A stretch of DNA of 55,154 bases from assembly GCA_001000865.1 (NCBI GenBank), contig LCIE01000003.1, positions 2,531 to 57,684 on the forward strand. Direction: 5' to 3'. The position numbers and the translations under genes are program-made. Below, one piece after another: positions 35,827-44,463 of the stretch. Source of the stretch: Candidatus Collierbacteria bacterium GW2011_GWC2_44_18. GTDB taxonomy: Bacteria > Patescibacteriota > Microgenomatia > UBA1400 > MFAQ01. Each line of letters begins with the position of its first letter. The stretch's first letter is position 1. The notes below the pieces were generated by a model. That model did not search any database. It had not been told where the DNA came from and worked only from the letters and a program-made list of their open reading frames with translations.

Positions 35827-36993
35827 CTAGTCGCTCCGGTGTCTAAAATACAGGACACCTCCGGCAAGTGAGGATATGATGACCCCAAAAATAAAGGTGT
35901 ACTTCAGGACGGAGTTTGGAAGGCTGAGGGCGTGGTTGCTGGGTGGAAACTGAGATATCTGGATTGCCGCGTCGCTATCGCTCCCCTGCCTGCCGGCAGG
36001 CAGGTCGCCAATGACGACGCTAGAAATGGTGGAATCAGTGAAGATGCCGAGAATAGAAGAAGGAGAGGAAACTGATGGAGTGAGATTGCTTTGGTTAGGA
36101 GTACCTAATCGCGCAATGACGAGGGTGGGGGTGAGAGTTTTGAATGGAGTAGGAGTGGGTGTTTTAACGGTAGTTGGTGTTGGAGTTTGGATGGAGGATG
36201 TAGTGGAAACGGAAGTCGGGACCGGGCTAAATATCGGGCTTATCTCGTAATTTCCTCCCGGAGAAAAATTCCGCTGTTCGGACCACTCGGAGTAACCGGC
36301 CTTAATTAGCTTGGTAGTGTGCTCCCCCGGCCCACAAGGAACCAGCTTGTCGTTATCGCAAAAACATCCAGTACAAAACTCCAGAGTTTCACCGTCTTCG
36401 TGATGGGTATACAAATTGTCGATATAGATTTTTACTCCGGTAAGCAGTTGATTGTTTCCGTCTTTGGGCGGATTGATCTTGTAAATGGATTTTGCCGGAG
36501 TTGGAGATGGAGATTGAGTGAGAGTTGGTGTCTTGGTAGTGGGGGTAGCTGTTGGCGAAACCGTTGGGGTGGCGTCTAAGACCGAAACAGTGACAGGTGA
36601 AGAATCATAATTAGTTGCGATATCTGCCTTCCTGATTCTAACTTTGAATTCTTTTGAACCGGTGGCTGTAGCCGGATCGAAGCGACACTCTATGGTCGTC
36701 TGGGCATTGCCATCAGAGTCAGAAGTGAAACTCGGCATACTGGTCCAGTCGGCATTTTGCTGAAGCCAGCTAGAATTCCAAGTGTCTACCTCCGAAAAGG
36801 AATTACCACCCAATGCTTTCATAAAATATGATGAACTTAGGCTTAATCCAGAAATGTTGAAGGAGGGAGAGAATTTTTCTCCAGCTACTACTGATGGTGG
36901 AAATGAAGAAACAGTGACAACAGGTGTAGCCAAAACAACCAAGGGAAAATAGGCAAATAAAAAAAGAAACAACACGGGCAGGATTTGTTTCAC
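35827..36993 (-). CDS. secreted PT-rich surface protein with C-terminal TM anchor
   Basis: Signal peptide MKQILPVLFLFLFAYFPLVVLA, Pro/Thr linkers (TPTVSPTATPTTKTPTLTQSPSPTP), C-terminal FIFGVIISSLAGGVLYFRHRSD. Repeats 35961..36016 and 36082..36121 are read in frame. Confidence 0.65.
   Translation of the reverse strand: MKQILPVLFLFLFAYFPLVVLATPVVTVSSFPPSVVAGEKFSPSFNISGLSLSSSYFMKALGGNSFSEVDTWNSSWLQQNADWTSMPSFTSDSDGNAQTTIECRFDPATATGSKEFKVRIRKADIATNYDSSPVTVSVLDATPTVSPTATPTTKTPTLTQSPSPTPAKSIYKINPPKDGNNQLLTGVKIYIDNLYTHHEDGETLEFCTGCFCDNDKLVPCGPGEHTTKLIKAGYSEWSEQRNFSPGGNYEISPIFSPVPTSVSTTSSIQTPTPTTVKTPTPTPFKTLTPTLVIARLGTPNQSNLTPSVSSPSSILGIFTDSTISSVVIGDLPAGRQGSDSDAAIQISQFPPSNHALSLPNSVLKYTFIFGVIISSLAGGVLYFRHRSD
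35961..36016 (+). repeat. hairpin repeat with perfect 20-bp palindrome, inside a CDS
   Basis: GGATTGCCGCGTCGC...CCTGCCTGCCGGCAGGCAGG(35985..36004)TCGCCAATGACG. Confidence 0.85.
36082..36121 (+). repeat. hairpin repeat GAGATTGCTTTGGTTAGGAGTACCTAATCGCGCAATGACG, inside a CDS
   Basis: Similar to unit 22881..22920 (GGTTCGGAGTACCGAAACGCGCAATGACG). Confidence 0.75.
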
Positions 36994-37014
36994 TTAAATA
37001 CTAATATACAGAGG

Positions 37015-37117
37015 GGATGGATCCCGGGTCAAGCCCGGGATGACGAGGTGGGATGGAATGAGATTTACCCCTTCGGGTATCAACGAGCCCCGGCTCGAGT
37101 ACGAGACTCGCAATGAC
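37015..37117 (+). repeat. two hairpin-repeat units (CCCGGG...GGGATGACG unit; GAGATTTACCCCTTCGGG unit), intergenic
   Basis: Second unit 37060..37117 is near-identical to 9352..9400. Track ORF 36994..37317 is largely these repeats translated. Confidence 0.85.
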
Positions 37118-37276
37118 AGGTGAGGGGTATATAAAGAAAAAGAACTCCTTGCGGAGCCTTTTTCCGATTTACTATTGCTAGTATCTCTGATCGAAAACTT
37201 GCGTTCTCGACTGTTTATAGTTATATCCCCTTGCAGGATACATGTCAAGAGGCAATTGTGCGTTTTGGCTCGTGAA

Positions 37277-37867
37277 CTAGAGCGATAAGAAACCAAAGTC
37301 TGTAAATTCCGGAGCAAGTTCCAAGTCGACTATCAGATATTGATCTTGATCACCAAAGTTGGTACAGAGAAGTGCCCTGGATAAGGGGAAAAGCTTTCTG
37401 CCAATATCAAACAGTACGTCCCCAGGAATATATTGATTTGTCATTTTGTACTTAAAAACATCTTCCCCTATCTTCATACCTTGATACGAATCTCCATCTA
37501 TTTTTTCTTCACCAGTATCGGAAATATCTAGATCGGAAGATGTGGACTTGAAATTAAAGACAACATCTTCCACCGGCGAATCATAGTCTAAGGTGAAAGC
37601 TCTTCCTTTTTCCTGTAAATAATCTATGAAAATCTGAGACACATCAGCTGTGATTCTAAACTGAATCCCCTCCATCCAGATTTTTTCTGGATTTTTAACA
37701 GTTCTACTATTCTGCAAAAAGACCTTCTCGTCCTCAATAATATTCCCTGAGATTTTCGACAATGTCGACTTTGGAAAAACTTCGCTGAATTCCTCAGAAG
37801 ATAATAGATTGGCTTTTTTGGCGAGAATAAAGAGATCCCCTGCCTGTTGTTTTACTTTTGGTTCCAT
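37277..37867 (-). CDS. hypothetical acidic protein (island gene 1)
   Basis: 196-aa ORF with no TM segments and no recognisable motif. It is divergent from the 37960 operon. Confidence 0.5.
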   Translation of the reverse strand: MEPKVKQQAGDLFILAKKANLLSSEEFSEVFPKSTLSKISGNIIEDEKVFLQNSRTVKNPEKIWMEGIQFRITADVSQIFIDYLQEKGRAFTLDYDSPVEDVVFNFKSTSSDLDISDTGEEKIDGDSYQGMKIGEDVFKYKMTNQYIPGDVLFDIGRKLFPLSRALLCTNFGDQDQYLIVDLELAPEFTDFGFLSL

Positions 37868-37959
37868 TTAGTAATTTTAGCATTCAAACTCAGGGGTGGT
37901 AGAATTCTTCCAGATCGTGAGGGCGGAACCTTGAAAATCTAAGCAATAAAGGAGGACTT

Positions 37960-38469
37960 ATGTCCCAAGCTTGTTGCAAAATTCCCAGTAACGAAGACGT
38001 TCAAGCAATAAATGAGTCTGTAAAAAAGAATTTTGCTGCAGAGAAACCAAAAGTATCACCTGCGTTAAATTCGTTTCAGGGAGATATTGGTGAAATGATT
38101 GCGGCACAAGTGGCAACAGAGCAACTTAACCTGAGACCGGAATTCTACGACTCACCGGGAAAATCTGAAAAGGGAATTGATCTTATTTATCGTGATGGAA
38201 GTGGAAAACTAGTTCTTATAGAAGCTAAGAATACCGAAAAAGGTGCAAGGGCATCCCCCACAACAACCAAAACATATGGACGTGAAGGATCCATTGAGTG
38301 GATTGAATATCACGCAAAGCTAATGTGTGATCCATCGTCGAGCAGATATTCACCAGACAATGCGAAATTAGGTGAAGAAATTCTTAGAGTTGGAGCCGCC
38401 AATGTGACTTTTTATATTATCCACACAAACCCGTCGACATTAAAAACAGATACCGTAAAAATTAGGTAG
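37960..38469 (+). CDS. small PD-(D/E)xK nuclease-fold protein with an MSQACCKIP... leader (island gene 2)
   Basis: AAGGAGG SD 6 nt upstream. GDIGEMIA (E45) ... KGIDLIYRD (D74) ... LVLIEAKNT (E88-x-K90) has the order and spacing of restriction-endonuclease-like (YraN/Hjc-type) cores. Confidence 0.6.
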   Translation: MSQACCKIPSNEDVQAINESVKKNFAAEKPKVSPALNSFQGDIGEMIAAQVATEQLNLRPEFYDSPGKSEKGIDLIYRDGSGKLVLIEAKNTEKGARASPTTTKTYGREGSIEWIEYHAKLMCDPSSSRYSPDNAKLGEEILRVGAANVTFYIIHTNPSTLKTDTVKIR

Positions 38470-38479
38470 AGGAGGATGT

Positions 38480-39634
38480 ATGCCATCTACAGAACAAGTG
38501 ATTAAGGGCTTGGAAGTTTTTGAGGCCCAAGTGAAAGCTTACGATGAGAAGTTTCGGAAAAAGAAGATCCTTCCCAAGAACCATGACTGGAGACCTTATC
38601 GCTGGTGTTCGAGGGATATTGTCTTTGCCCTGCTCGTGGTACAACAAAACCGTAAGGGAAATTATCTGGACGTCGATGTTTGCCTAATTGCTCAGCCACC
38701 CCAGTATATCGAAAACAGCGGTGCCAGAGTGGCTCTCGGATTTTTGCTTTCCGAAGCTTACAAATGTGGTGGCACAATGGAGCTGGTTTTTTCGAAAAAC
38801 ATCGAAGGTGGCCGAGTTCCTGCCTACATCTGCGACCTGGCAATTGAAATGGGGGTGAAGCTCAAACATGTTTTTGAGGGTCACATTACCCCGTTTGAAT
38901 CTCGCCAACTGTATCTTGGTTTGGCAGGATTTTCCAAAATGGCTCAAGAAAAGATAATGAAGATGGCGGTAGACAAGACCATTTCCTCGGAACGAGTTTG
39001 TTTTATGGTAATGGGTGGTGTTTGGTCTCTGCCGGAGGCCGAAACGATTATCTTAGGAAGTAAACACCCTGAAAGAGTTCTCCAATCGGCATCCGAACCG
39101 GACGAGCGACATCTGTATTTGAATGACTTGCTGGTAGCCAGTACCTCTATACTGGGTGGCGTTTTAGATCGCAAACTGCTCAGGACGGAACTAGTGGAAA
39201 ACGGGCAAATAGTGGAGTCCGAGGACGAAGAGTTTCCGCTAGTGATTGACTTCGACCCGGTGCACTTCGCCAAGATTTACAGGGCCGAAACCGACATGAT
39301 TGTGCCATGGATTGATGAAAATAAAATTTTGTTTTCCGGGCAGAAAATGGTGGTATTAATCCGCGCCAGATCCGACAGCGAAATTCAAAAGTATTTCCCG
39401 AAAGACCTGGAAAGTTTGAAGAAACTCATCGCCAAATATCGCAAAGACGCCCAAATCATGATTTTGTACTTACTTCCAAGAGATTTTGAGGATGTGTCTT
39501 TGACTACACAATCACAAATTATCGAACAGCTAAAGAAAGCGGGGGTGTACCTAATGATCTCACCGGAGAATATGGCCAGTCTAAACAAAGAAGCCATTCG
39601 TAGACTGGAAACCGGAAGGAGAACGCGCCAATGA
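38480..39634 (+). CDS. hypothetical 384-aa protein (island gene 3)
   Basis: GAGGAGG SD. It starts 10 nt after the upstream stop. No Walker A, no TM segments, no motif recognised. The C-terminal ~100 aa has an alternating beta/alpha pattern (VVLIRA...IMILYLLP...VYLMIS). Confidence 0.6.
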   Translation: MPSTEQVIKGLEVFEAQVKAYDEKFRKKKILPKNHDWRPYRWCSRDIVFALLVVQQNRKGNYLDVDVCLIAQPPQYIENSGARVALGFLLSEAYKCGGTMELVFSKNIEGGRVPAYICDLAIEMGVKLKHVFEGHITPFESRQLYLGLAGFSKMAQEKIMKMAVDKTISSERVCFMVMGGVWSLPEAETIILGSKHPERVLQSASEPDERHLYLNDLLVASTSILGGVLDRKLLRTELVENGQIVESEDEEFPLVIDFDPVHFAKIYRAETDMIVPWIDENKILFSGQKMVVLIRARSDSEIQKYFPKDLESLKKLIAKYRKDAQIMILYLLPRDFEDVSLTTQSQIIEQLKKAGVYLMISPENMASLNKEAIRRLETGRRTRQ

Positions 39635-40779
39635 TGAAAACTAATGTGATTTTAGTGTCTATCCCCGATGCCGATTGCATCGCCGACAGACTAGACCTGC
39701 GCGTCCTGATGGCACGGGCATTGAAAATTGAGGCGAGGATGGAGAAAGGGGTAAATTTGGAAGATGAACAACGCAGGTATCAAATTCTCTGCGACCGAAT
39801 GGAGTACCTGGGGAACCTGATTAGTGGCACAAAAAAAATAGAATCCGTGAATCTGGGAGATAACTATCTGGAATTACTGCTGCTGATGAAGAAAAAGTTT
39901 CCAGAAGAAACGAAACAGGCCGGAGTAATGTCTAACTTTTGTCCTGCTTCCTTCGTGGAAAAACAAATTGCCTTGTTCGAGGGCTTGGCTAAAAAGACAG
40001 GTTTACTCGAACATGAAGAGATCCAAAAGAAGATTAAGTTTTACCGAATGGCGGCGAAGCAAAACTGGAATGTCTTGGAACTTCAAGAATTGACAGCCGA
40101 TGAGGAAACAGATGGTAGCGTTTCCGTAGATAACCTCAGGGAGAAGTTTCTGTCATTGCCTATGAGTGACGGAATAACTTCAACACAAGACTCAAATTCA
40201 TTCATGGCCTTGCGAAACCAGATGAATCGAGTGATTGCCGAAGTGAATAAAGGTATTTCGACGGGGGTGAATTTTAGCGATTTGTCACATAACGTGATCA
40301 CTGAAATTCTGAACGAGTTTGTGTTTGGTGCCGGCAAACCTATGTACCTTCCGGTAGTTTATGCCGATGGCACGAAAGCCAGACCGTTTCCAATTCACTG
40401 CCTAAAACTACCTGAAAGGGGTAAAGTGATAAATCTTCCCGGACCGGTGATAAACGTGGGGCAGTTAAGTGGTAGACATCAGGAGATGGATCCGAAGATG
40501 AATATTTATTTCTTCCGGAACCAAGAGATCTCCACCGGGAAAACCGCGGCGGAAATTGACGGGGTGGCCTATCAAGAAGCGAAAAAGATCTTCGAAGGGC
40601 TTCGAAGGGAAGGGGTTTATCGAATTGCCTATTACCAAACTGGGTTCCAGCCGGCCGTGGTAGGCTTCTACCGGGCCCTCACTGAAGAACTACTGCTAAA
40701 AGGAAAAAGGGCACCGGTCTTGGAAGTGACACCTTACTACTTCTTTGGCCACTATGAGAAAGGTAAAACCTGGATCTAA
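39631..40779 (+). CDS. hypothetical 382-aa protein (island gene 4)
   Basis: ATGA start/stop overlap with gene 3. No recognisable motif. Followed by terminator 40793..40823. Confidence 0.6.
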   Translation: MMKTNVILVSIPDADCIADRLDLRVLMARALKIEARMEKGVNLEDEQRRYQILCDRMEYLGNLISGTKKIESVNLGDNYLELLLLMKKKFPEETKQAGVMSNFCPASFVEKQIALFEGLAKKTGLLEHEEIQKKIKFYRMAAKQNWNVLELQELTADEETDGSVSVDNLREKFLSLPMSDGITSTQDSNSFMALRNQMNRVIAEVNKGISTGVNFSDLSHNVITEILNEFVFGAGKPMYLPVVYADGTKARPFPIHCLKLPERGKVINLPGPVINVGQLSGRHQEMDPKMNIYFFRNQEISTGKTAAEIDGVAYQEAKKIFEGLRREGVYRIAYYQTGFQPAVVGFYRALTEELLLKGKRAPVLEVTPYYFFGHYEKGKTWI

Positions 40780-40792
40780 CCTATTTCAAACA

Positions 40793-40823
40793 CTGAGAGT
40801 GATTATTCACTCTCGGTTTTTTT
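40793..40823 (+). terminator. intrinsic terminator of the 37960-40779 operon (between convergent genes)
   Basis: CTGAGAGTG-attatt-CACTCTCGG stem-loop followed by T7. The hairpin overlaps the last codons of the minus-strand gene 40803..41204. Confidence 0.65.
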
Positions 40824-41204
40824 GTAAATATCGTGTTTATGGTAATAATCGTTGTCCAGTAAGTGTTTGTTTTCTTCAAAATATTTCTTTACTTCTAACA
40901 AAAATTTGTCAGTAGTGTCTGTGTCTTTGATGGCCAGGTGATACTCCATTTCTGAAATATCGTCGAGAAGCTGTCCCAGACCGGAATCAAAATGTAGATA
41001 GAAACTATAATTGTCGGCGTAATATATTCGGTTCGCTACGCCGGAAAGAACCTCGACACTAATTCTTTTCTTCAGAAAATCACTGATGGCACATAAAAAT
41101 ACATGCTTGGCATATTCAGAGTTCACTATTCTGACCGACCCATGAAAGCCCAAGTAATCGTCGATTTCTTCCGGGTCAAATGATATTTCGATTGTTTTGC
41201 TCAT
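40803..41204 (-). CDS. hypothetical acidic 133-aa protein (island gene 5; immunity-like position)
   Basis: ORF immediately downstream of, and co-oriented with, 41252..41641. No motif recognised. Confidence 0.5.
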   Translation of the reverse strand: MSKTIEISFDPEEIDDYLGFHGSVRIVNSEYAKHVFLCAISDFLKKRISVEVLSGVANRIYYADNYSFYLHFDSGLGQLLDDISEMEYHLAIKDTDTTDKFLLEVKKYFEENKHLLDNDYYHKHDIYKKTESE

Positions 41205-41251
41205 AAAAAAGACTAAGGCAATTTTACACCTTAGTCTGTGTTTTTTTGAAG

Positions 41252-41641
41252 CTATTTGTGACGATTTTTGCTTCCCTTTGAAACATTTTGGTTGGTTGAG
41301 TGGTCTCTGACGACTCGGCCACTACTGTTGACGGTATAAGAATGCCGGACATTGGTGGCGGTGTTGACCGTGGTGTAGTGAATACTACCGTCCTTTTCAT
41401 AGGTTTCAACCTGGATGACATCTCCAGGATTGTAAGGAGATATTTTTTGAACAGAACCATCTTGCTGTACCTTTGTTTGGCCTGAAGAAGGGGTTCCGGA
41501 GTTTTTGGCATCTTGGGTCTGTTCTTGAATATATTCTCGAATAGCTTCTTCGTCGGCGCGGATTTCTTGGTACTCCAGAATAGAGTCTCGAATGTGCTGA
41601 ACATCGTCAGGTGTCGGAATTTTTCCACAACATTGAGACAA
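41252..41641 (-). CDS. small protein with MSQCCGKIP... leader paralogous to the 37960 N-terminus (island gene 6)
   Basis: TTG start preceded by AAGGAGG. The first ~21 aa, MSQCCGKIPTPDDVQHIRDSI, align with MSQACCKIPSNEDVQAINESV. The C-terminal domain is unrelated. Confidence 0.55.
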   Translation of the reverse strand: MSQCCGKIPTPDDVQHIRDSILEYQEIRADEEAIREYIQEQTQDAKNSGTPSSGQTKVQQDGSVQKISPYNPGDVIQVETYEKDGSIHYTTVNTATNVRHSYTVNSSGRVVRDHSTNQNVSKGSKNRHK

Positions 41642-41710
41642 GAGAGCCTCCTTAAAGTGCGAATTTAAGCCATTGTACCATTTAACTTTTGGGAGTTTGA
41701 GCGTAAAATC

Positions 41711-41775
41711 GGACTAATCCTATTTAGGATGACACTGGAGTGAGATTGCCACAGCACTGCGTGCTTCACAATGAC
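41711..41775 (+). repeat. two short hairpin-repeat units in the divergent promoter region of the island
   Basis: GGACTAATCCTATTTAGGATGAC and GAGATTGCCACAGCACTGCGTGCTTCACAATGAC. Confidence 0.6.
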
Positions 41776-41814
41776 ATTCTATGAAGGAACTTTGAAAACT
41801 AAAAGGAGAAACAT

Positions 41815-44433
41815 ATGCCTAAAACGACAACAGAGTTTGAGGTGATGTGTAAACGTTGTAATACCGAAAAAATTGGCTATTCCGGCATGATGTACGAAAA
41901 AATGAAAGGGTATGGCCAATCCCGCCCTGAGTATTGTGAAAATTGCCGAAAAGCTCTTCTACTGGAAAAGATGACCATGGGAGCGGCCTATTTTTCGGTG
42001 AAGACTCTTCCTGGTGAGGATCTAACGATTGCTCTCCCGGGAGAACTAGGGATGGTTTACCACCCCCAGAGGCCACATGTGAAGGCAGAAAAAGCGACAA
42101 CTTTTGACGCCGGTAAGTTTGGAGCGACACCGGACAAAATCGTGGATGTGTATAAATGGTTAAAAGACAAGAACCACCAAGTAGCCATTATTATTGGCGA
42201 AACCGGATCCGGCAAATCGACAGCACTTCCCTATTGGCTCATTTATCCGCCGGTGGGTGTACCAAAAGATTTTTTCACCCGTGATGGCCAAATCCTGATT
42301 ACCCAACCGAGAATTGTGGCCACCACTTCGATTGCCAAGTATTTGGGCTCGCTTCTGGGATCTTCGGTGGGTAAGGGGTTTGATATTGGTTACAGATACA
42401 GTAAAGACCGGAACAATGACCGATTTAATGCCGCCTTTCTGGCTACTGACGGTAGCCTGATTAATATGATTATGAATGGCCAGCTGTCAGACCTGAGTGT
42501 GATTATGATTGATGAAGCACATGAACGATCGGAAAACATCGACATTATTCTCCGACTCCTAAAAGATCAACTACCTCTGTATCCACACCTGAAGCTCTTG
42601 ATTGTAAGTGCCACCATCAACAAAGAGTCTTTTCTTAAGTATTTTGGTGAGGACACGGCATCGGTGATTGAATTTGAAGCAAAAAGAAAATTCGAGTACA
42701 AAAAGGTCTTCGCTACCGAAAAAGAAAAATTGCCCTACGAAGATCTTCATAAACTGAGAGATTGTTTGGTGCCGGCACTCGTTGCAAAGGTTCTTTGGCT
42801 TTTGGATGAGCAGGTAGCCGGAAGAAAAACTCTCGAAGTCGTGATAGATAAAAGAAAGGTAAAAGCCAACACCCTTGCTTTCCTGCAAGGAGTGAAGCCG
42901 ATTGAGGAAGCAGTGAATGCGCTTACAAAGGCGATTGCGGCCAGTCCCACCCTGAGAAATAAGGTGGAAGTTTACCCGCTATATAGCGACTTGGAAGAAA
43001 AGAAAAAAGACTTGGCTCTGGAAGGGTCCGGCTCCGGAAAAATTCGCGTGATTATCTCTACCAATGTCGCCGAAGCATCGGTTACCGTGAAAGGCATTGT
43101 ATATGTGGTGGAAACCGGTGTGGAAAACCAGGCGAACTGGAAATCCGATACCTTACAGACAAAGGTGGGTTTGAATCTCATCAGCCAAGCAAACGCGAAA
43201 CAACGTTGGGGCCGCTCCGGCAGAACTGCTCCGGGTGAAGTTTATTGTCTTTACACCGAAGAACAGTTTAATAGGATGCTCCCCTTCCCCGTTCCGGCGA
43301 TTCAAAGATCGTCGATGGAAGACGTCATTCTGCTTTTGAAAAAGCTTGGGGTGGATGAACTCGATAGTGGGTGGATTGATAATCCGAATGGAACCGAGCT
43401 AACACGATCGATGGATTCGCTTCACAAAAGCGGGGCCATTGATGAAGATGACAGGCTGACTGAGTACGGCTCGATGCTGAAAGAGTTTGCATACACCGCT
43501 ACCCTCACCGACCTCATCATCATGTCCGATAGATTTGGATGTGCTGTAGAAGTGGCAACGATTTTGCCGGTAATTAAGAATGGAGGACACAAATATCTGT
43601 TGGCCAGAAATGATGAATGGGACAAGAAAGAACAGCAAAAAGCTAAAGCCGCTCATCAAATACTTTGGAAAAACTGTAAAGATGACGTGGAATTTATCCT
43701 GAAGCTGTATAGCTTATGGAGAGAACGCGGTGAGAAATGGGCCAAAGAATTTTACGTCAACCATGAAGTATTTAAAGATATTGAGGCGGAAAGAACACAG
43801 ATCTTACGTCTCTTGAATGGTCACAAAAAAGACAGCAACTTCCGGGCCATCGATTTTAAATTGGTAGATAGAACGCGAGTAATTTTAGCCTATTGTGTCC
43901 CTTTCACCGTGGTGCCCGAAGGGACTTACTCCTATAAAGCCAATCTCCAAACAGCGTCCGGCACCAGCGCCGCTTACCAGATGGTTCTGTCTGAAAAGAA
44001 GAAAAAGATTGTGGACGAAAATATTGCCAACACTCGATCCCTCTTTGCGCTGGCACGGGAATTGGTGGAGATAGCGAAGGATAGTGAAGCAGATGACGTG
44101 TACGCCAGGGTCTTTGCAGACGCCAACCTCACTTTGGAAGAAGCGATCAGCCTGCTCGAAGATGAACAGAAAGACAAGATCCTCAATACTTATGCTGTCG
44201 GACAAACTTTGGAAGCGAAAGTGACTGGCTTTGCCGATTATGGCACCTTCGTGAGACTGCCACTGGGAAACTCGGGAATGATCCATATCTCGAAGATGGG
44301 AAAGTGGGTGAAAAAGCCAAGCGAGATGCTGACCGTCGGTGACCTAGTCGAGGTGGAAGTGTTAGAAATGAAGGAGGAAAAAGAGAAGGTCCGGATAGGT
44401 TTGAAACTAAAGTCGGTGATTAAAAAGGCTTGA
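41815..44433 (+). CDS. DEAH/RHA-type SF2 helicase with N-terminal CxxC...CxxC Zn-ribbon-like region and C-terminal S1 domain
   Basis: CKRC..x25..CENC; GETGSGKST (I, nt 42196), TQPRIVA (Ia), DEAHERS (II, nt 42511), SATIN (III), TNVAEASVTVKGIVYVVETG (V), QRWGRSGRTAPGEVYCLYT (VI). HA2-like SLHKSGAIDEDDRLTEYG. S1-like GQTLEAKVTGFADYGTFVRLPLGNSGMIHISKM...VGDLVEVEVLEM...RIGLKLK. Confidence 0.85.
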   Translation: MPKTTTEFEVMCKRCNTEKIGYSGMMYEKMKGYGQSRPEYCENCRKALLLEKMTMGAAYFSVKTLPGEDLTIALPGELGMVYHPQRPHVKAEKATTFDAGKFGATPDKIVDVYKWLKDKNHQVAIIIGETGSGKSTALPYWLIYPPVGVPKDFFTRDGQILITQPRIVATTSIAKYLGSLLGSSVGKGFDIGYRYSKDRNNDRFNAAFLATDGSLINMIMNGQLSDLSVIMIDEAHERSENIDIILRLLKDQLPLYPHLKLLIVSATINKESFLKYFGEDTASVIEFEAKRKFEYKKVFATEKEKLPYEDLHKLRDCLVPALVAKVLWLLDEQVAGRKTLEVVIDKRKVKANTLAFLQGVKPIEEAVNALTKAIAASPTLRNKVEVYPLYSDLEEKKKDLALEGSGSGKIRVIISTNVAEASVTVKGIVYVVETGVENQANWKSDTLQTKVGLNLISQANAKQRWGRSGRTAPGEVYCLYTEEQFNRMLPFPVPAIQRSSMEDVILLLKKLGVDELDSGWIDNPNGTELTRSMDSLHKSGAIDEDDRLTEYGSMLKEFAYTATLTDLIIMSDRFGCAVEVATILPVIKNGGHKYLLARNDEWDKKEQQKAKAAHQILWKNCKDDVEFILKLYSLWRERGEKWAKEFYVNHEVFKDIEAERTQILRLLNGHKKDSNFRAIDFKLVDRTRVILAYCVPFTVVPEGTYSYKANLQTASGTSAAYQMVLSEKKKKIVDENIANTRSLFALARELVEIAKDSEADDVYARVFADANLTLEEAISLLEDEQKDKILNTYAVGQTLEAKVTGFADYGTFVRLPLGNSGMIHISKMGKWVKKPSEMLTVGDLVEVEVLEMKEEKEKVRIGLKLKSVIKKA

Positions 44434-44457
44434 CAATGGGAGATCTTGGCTTATAAT
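44430..44457 (+). promoter_or_regulatory. sigma70-type promoter (TTGACA-16 nt-TATAAT)
   Basis: Perfect -35 TTGACA (44430..44435, overlapping the helicase TGA stop) and perfect -10 TATAAT (44452..44457). Confidence 0.55.
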
Positions 44458-44463
44458 ACAAGA

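Noticed and set aside
41224-41628. Alternative 134-aa ORF overlapping 41252..41641 in another frame
   Set aside because: The 129-aa frame has an AAGGAGG SD and an N-terminus paralogous to the 37960 protein. The 134-aa frame has neither.
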